DNA from: the human T2T-CHM13v2.0 reference genome, Homo sapiens
Reading direction: 5' to 3' (one strand)
Assembly: GCF_009914755.1 (NCBI RefSeq)
Contig: NC_060940.1
Length of the DNA stretch: 64,000 nt
A model generated the notes under the pieces. That model was given only the letters and a program-made list of their open reading frames with translations. It searched no databases and had not been told where the DNA came from. This document shows, one piece after another, positions 61,995 to 64,000 of the stretch. A program made the position numbers and the translations under genes. The stretch's first letter is position 1. The number at the start of each line of letters is the position of its first letter.

Positions 61995-63634
61995 TTTTTT
62001 AACTTTTATTTTAGGTTTGGGGGTACATGTGAAGGTTTGTTACATAAATAAACACATGTCACGGGAGTTTGTTGTAAAGATTATTTCATCACTCAGGTAC
62101 TAAGCCCAGTACCCAATAGTTATCTTTTATGCTCCTCTCCCTCCTCCTGCCCTCCCCCCATCTTTTCTGCTCCTCTCCCTCCTCTTGCCCTCCCCCCATC
62201 TTTTCTGCTCCTCTCCCTCCTCCTGCCCTCCCCCCATCTTTTCTGCTCCTCTCCCTCCTCCTGCCCTCCCCCCATCTTTTCTGCTCCTCTCCCTCCTCCT
62301 GCCCTCCCCCCATCTTTTCTGCTCCTCTCCCTCCTCCTGCCCTCCCCCCATCTTTTCTGCTCCTCTCCCTCCTCCTGCCCTCCCCCCATCTTTTCTGCTC
62401 CTCTCCCTCCTCCTGCCCTCCCCCCATCTTTTCTGCTCCTCTCCCTCCTCCTGCCCTCCCCCCATCTTTTCTGCTCCTCTCCCTCCTCCTGCCCTCCCCC
62501 CATCTTTTCTGCTCCTCTCCCTCCTCCTGCCCTCCCCCCATCTTTTCTGCTCCTCTCCCTCCTCCTGCCCTCCCCCCATCTTTTCTGCTCCTCTCCCTCC
62601 TCCTGCCCTCCCCCCATCTTTTCTGCTCCTCTCCCTCCTCCTGCCCTCCCCCCATCTTTTCTGCTCCTCTCCCTCCTCCTGCCCTCCCCCCATCTTTTCT
62701 GCTCCTCTCCCTCCTCCTGCCCTCCCCCCATCTTTTCTGCTCCTCTCCCTCCTCCTGCCCTCCCCCCATCTTTTCTGCTCCTCTCCCTCCTCCTGCCCTC
62801 CCCCCATCTTTTCTGCTCCTCTCCCTCCTCCTGCCCTCCCCCCATCTTTTCTGCTCCTCTCCCTCCTCCTGCCCTCCCCCCATCTTTTCTGCTCCTCTCC
62901 CTCCTCCTGCCCTCCCCCCATCTTTTCTGCTCCTCTCCCTCCTCCTGCCCTCCCCCCATCTTTTCTGCTCCTCTCCCTCCTCCTGCCCTCCCCCCATCTT
63001 TTCTGCTCCTCTCCCTCCTCCTGCCCTCCCCCCATCTTTTCTGCTCCTCTCCCTCCTCCTGCCCTCCCCGCATCTTTTCTGCTCCTCTCCCTCCTCCTGC
63101 CCTCCCCCCATCTTTTCTGCTCCTCTCCCTCCTCCTGCCCTCCCCCCATCTTTTCTGCTCCTCTCCCTCCTCCTGCCCTCCCCCCATCTTTTCTGCTCCT
63201 CTCCCTCCTCCTGCCCTCCCCGCATCTTTTCTGCTCCTCTCCCTCCTCCTGCCCTCCCCCATCTTTTCTGCTCCTCTCCCTCCTCCTGCCCTCCCCGCAT
63301 CTTTTCTGCTCCTCTCCCTCCTCCTGCCCTCCCCCCATCTTTTCTGCTCCTCTCCCTCCTCCTGCCCTCCCCCCATCTTTTCTGCTCCTCTCCCTCCTCC
63401 TGCCCTCCCCCCATCTTTTCTGCTCCTCTCCCTCCTCCTGCCCTCCCCCCATCTTTTCTGCTCCTCTCCCTCCTCCTGCCCTCCCCCCATCTTTTCTGCT
63501 CCTCTCCCTCCTCCTGCCCTCCCCCCTCAAGTGGACCCCCGTGTCTGTTATTTCCTTGTGTTCATAAATTCTTATCATTTAGCTCCCACTTATAAGTGAG
63601 AAGATGCAGTATTTGATTTCCTATTCCTGCGTTA
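61995..63634 (-). mobile_element. 5'-truncated L1PA/PB 3' end hosting a VNTR
   Basis: ggggtacatgtgaaggtttgttacat...cccaatagtta / ttagctcccacttataagtgagaa; possible TSD GATACTT at 61988 and 63635. Confidence 0.8.
62122..63526. repeat. 38-bp polypyrimidine VNTR, ~37 copies
   Basis: Unit ATCTTTTCTGCTCCTCTCCCTCCTCCTGCCCTCCCCCC. Confidence 0.97.
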
Positions 63635-63649
63635 GATACTTACTTTTTA

Positions 63650-63955
<306 letters not shown>

Positions 63956-64000
63956 TCTTCTCCTCTACACAAGAGTCAGTAGAGAAACCTGGCTTCCCCA

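Noticed and set aside
62089-63595. Five 441-488 aa ORFs on both strands
   Set aside because: Translations of a stop-free 38-bp VNTR inside an L1; periodic peptides with no splice or promoter context

Overview
Human genomic DNA from chromosome 16q24, recognised from the translated exons. It holds the 3' twelve coding exons of ZC3H18 (+, to a poly(A) signal at 25776), an intergenic CpG island (~27.9-29.1 kb) and three complete genes. These are IL17C (+, 3 exons, 197 aa), CYBA/p22phox (-, 6 exons, 195 aa) and MVD (-, 10 exons, 400 aa). The MVD poly(A) site lies inside the CYBA promoter. The MVD promoter is a CCAAT/GC-box CpG promoter and is probably shared with the divergent lncRNA SNAI3-AS1. 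All exon boundaries were read by eye as GT-AG and give consistent phases and protein lengths. The remainder is dense Alu/L1/MIR/MaLR repeat plus several minisatellites. I found no prokaryotic, CRISPR or clearly novel multi-gene system. The best leads are: a candidate in-frame Alu-containing cassette exon in ZC3H18; a 37-bp VNTR where one base toggles between an E-box and the PRDM9 13-mer; a 38-bp VNTR grown from an L1 polypurine tract; local templated duplications; an orphan CpG island with a 505-codon ORF; and the MVD poly(A)/CYBA promoter overlap. Exon numbers and repeat subfamily names come from recall or eye inspection and are approximate.
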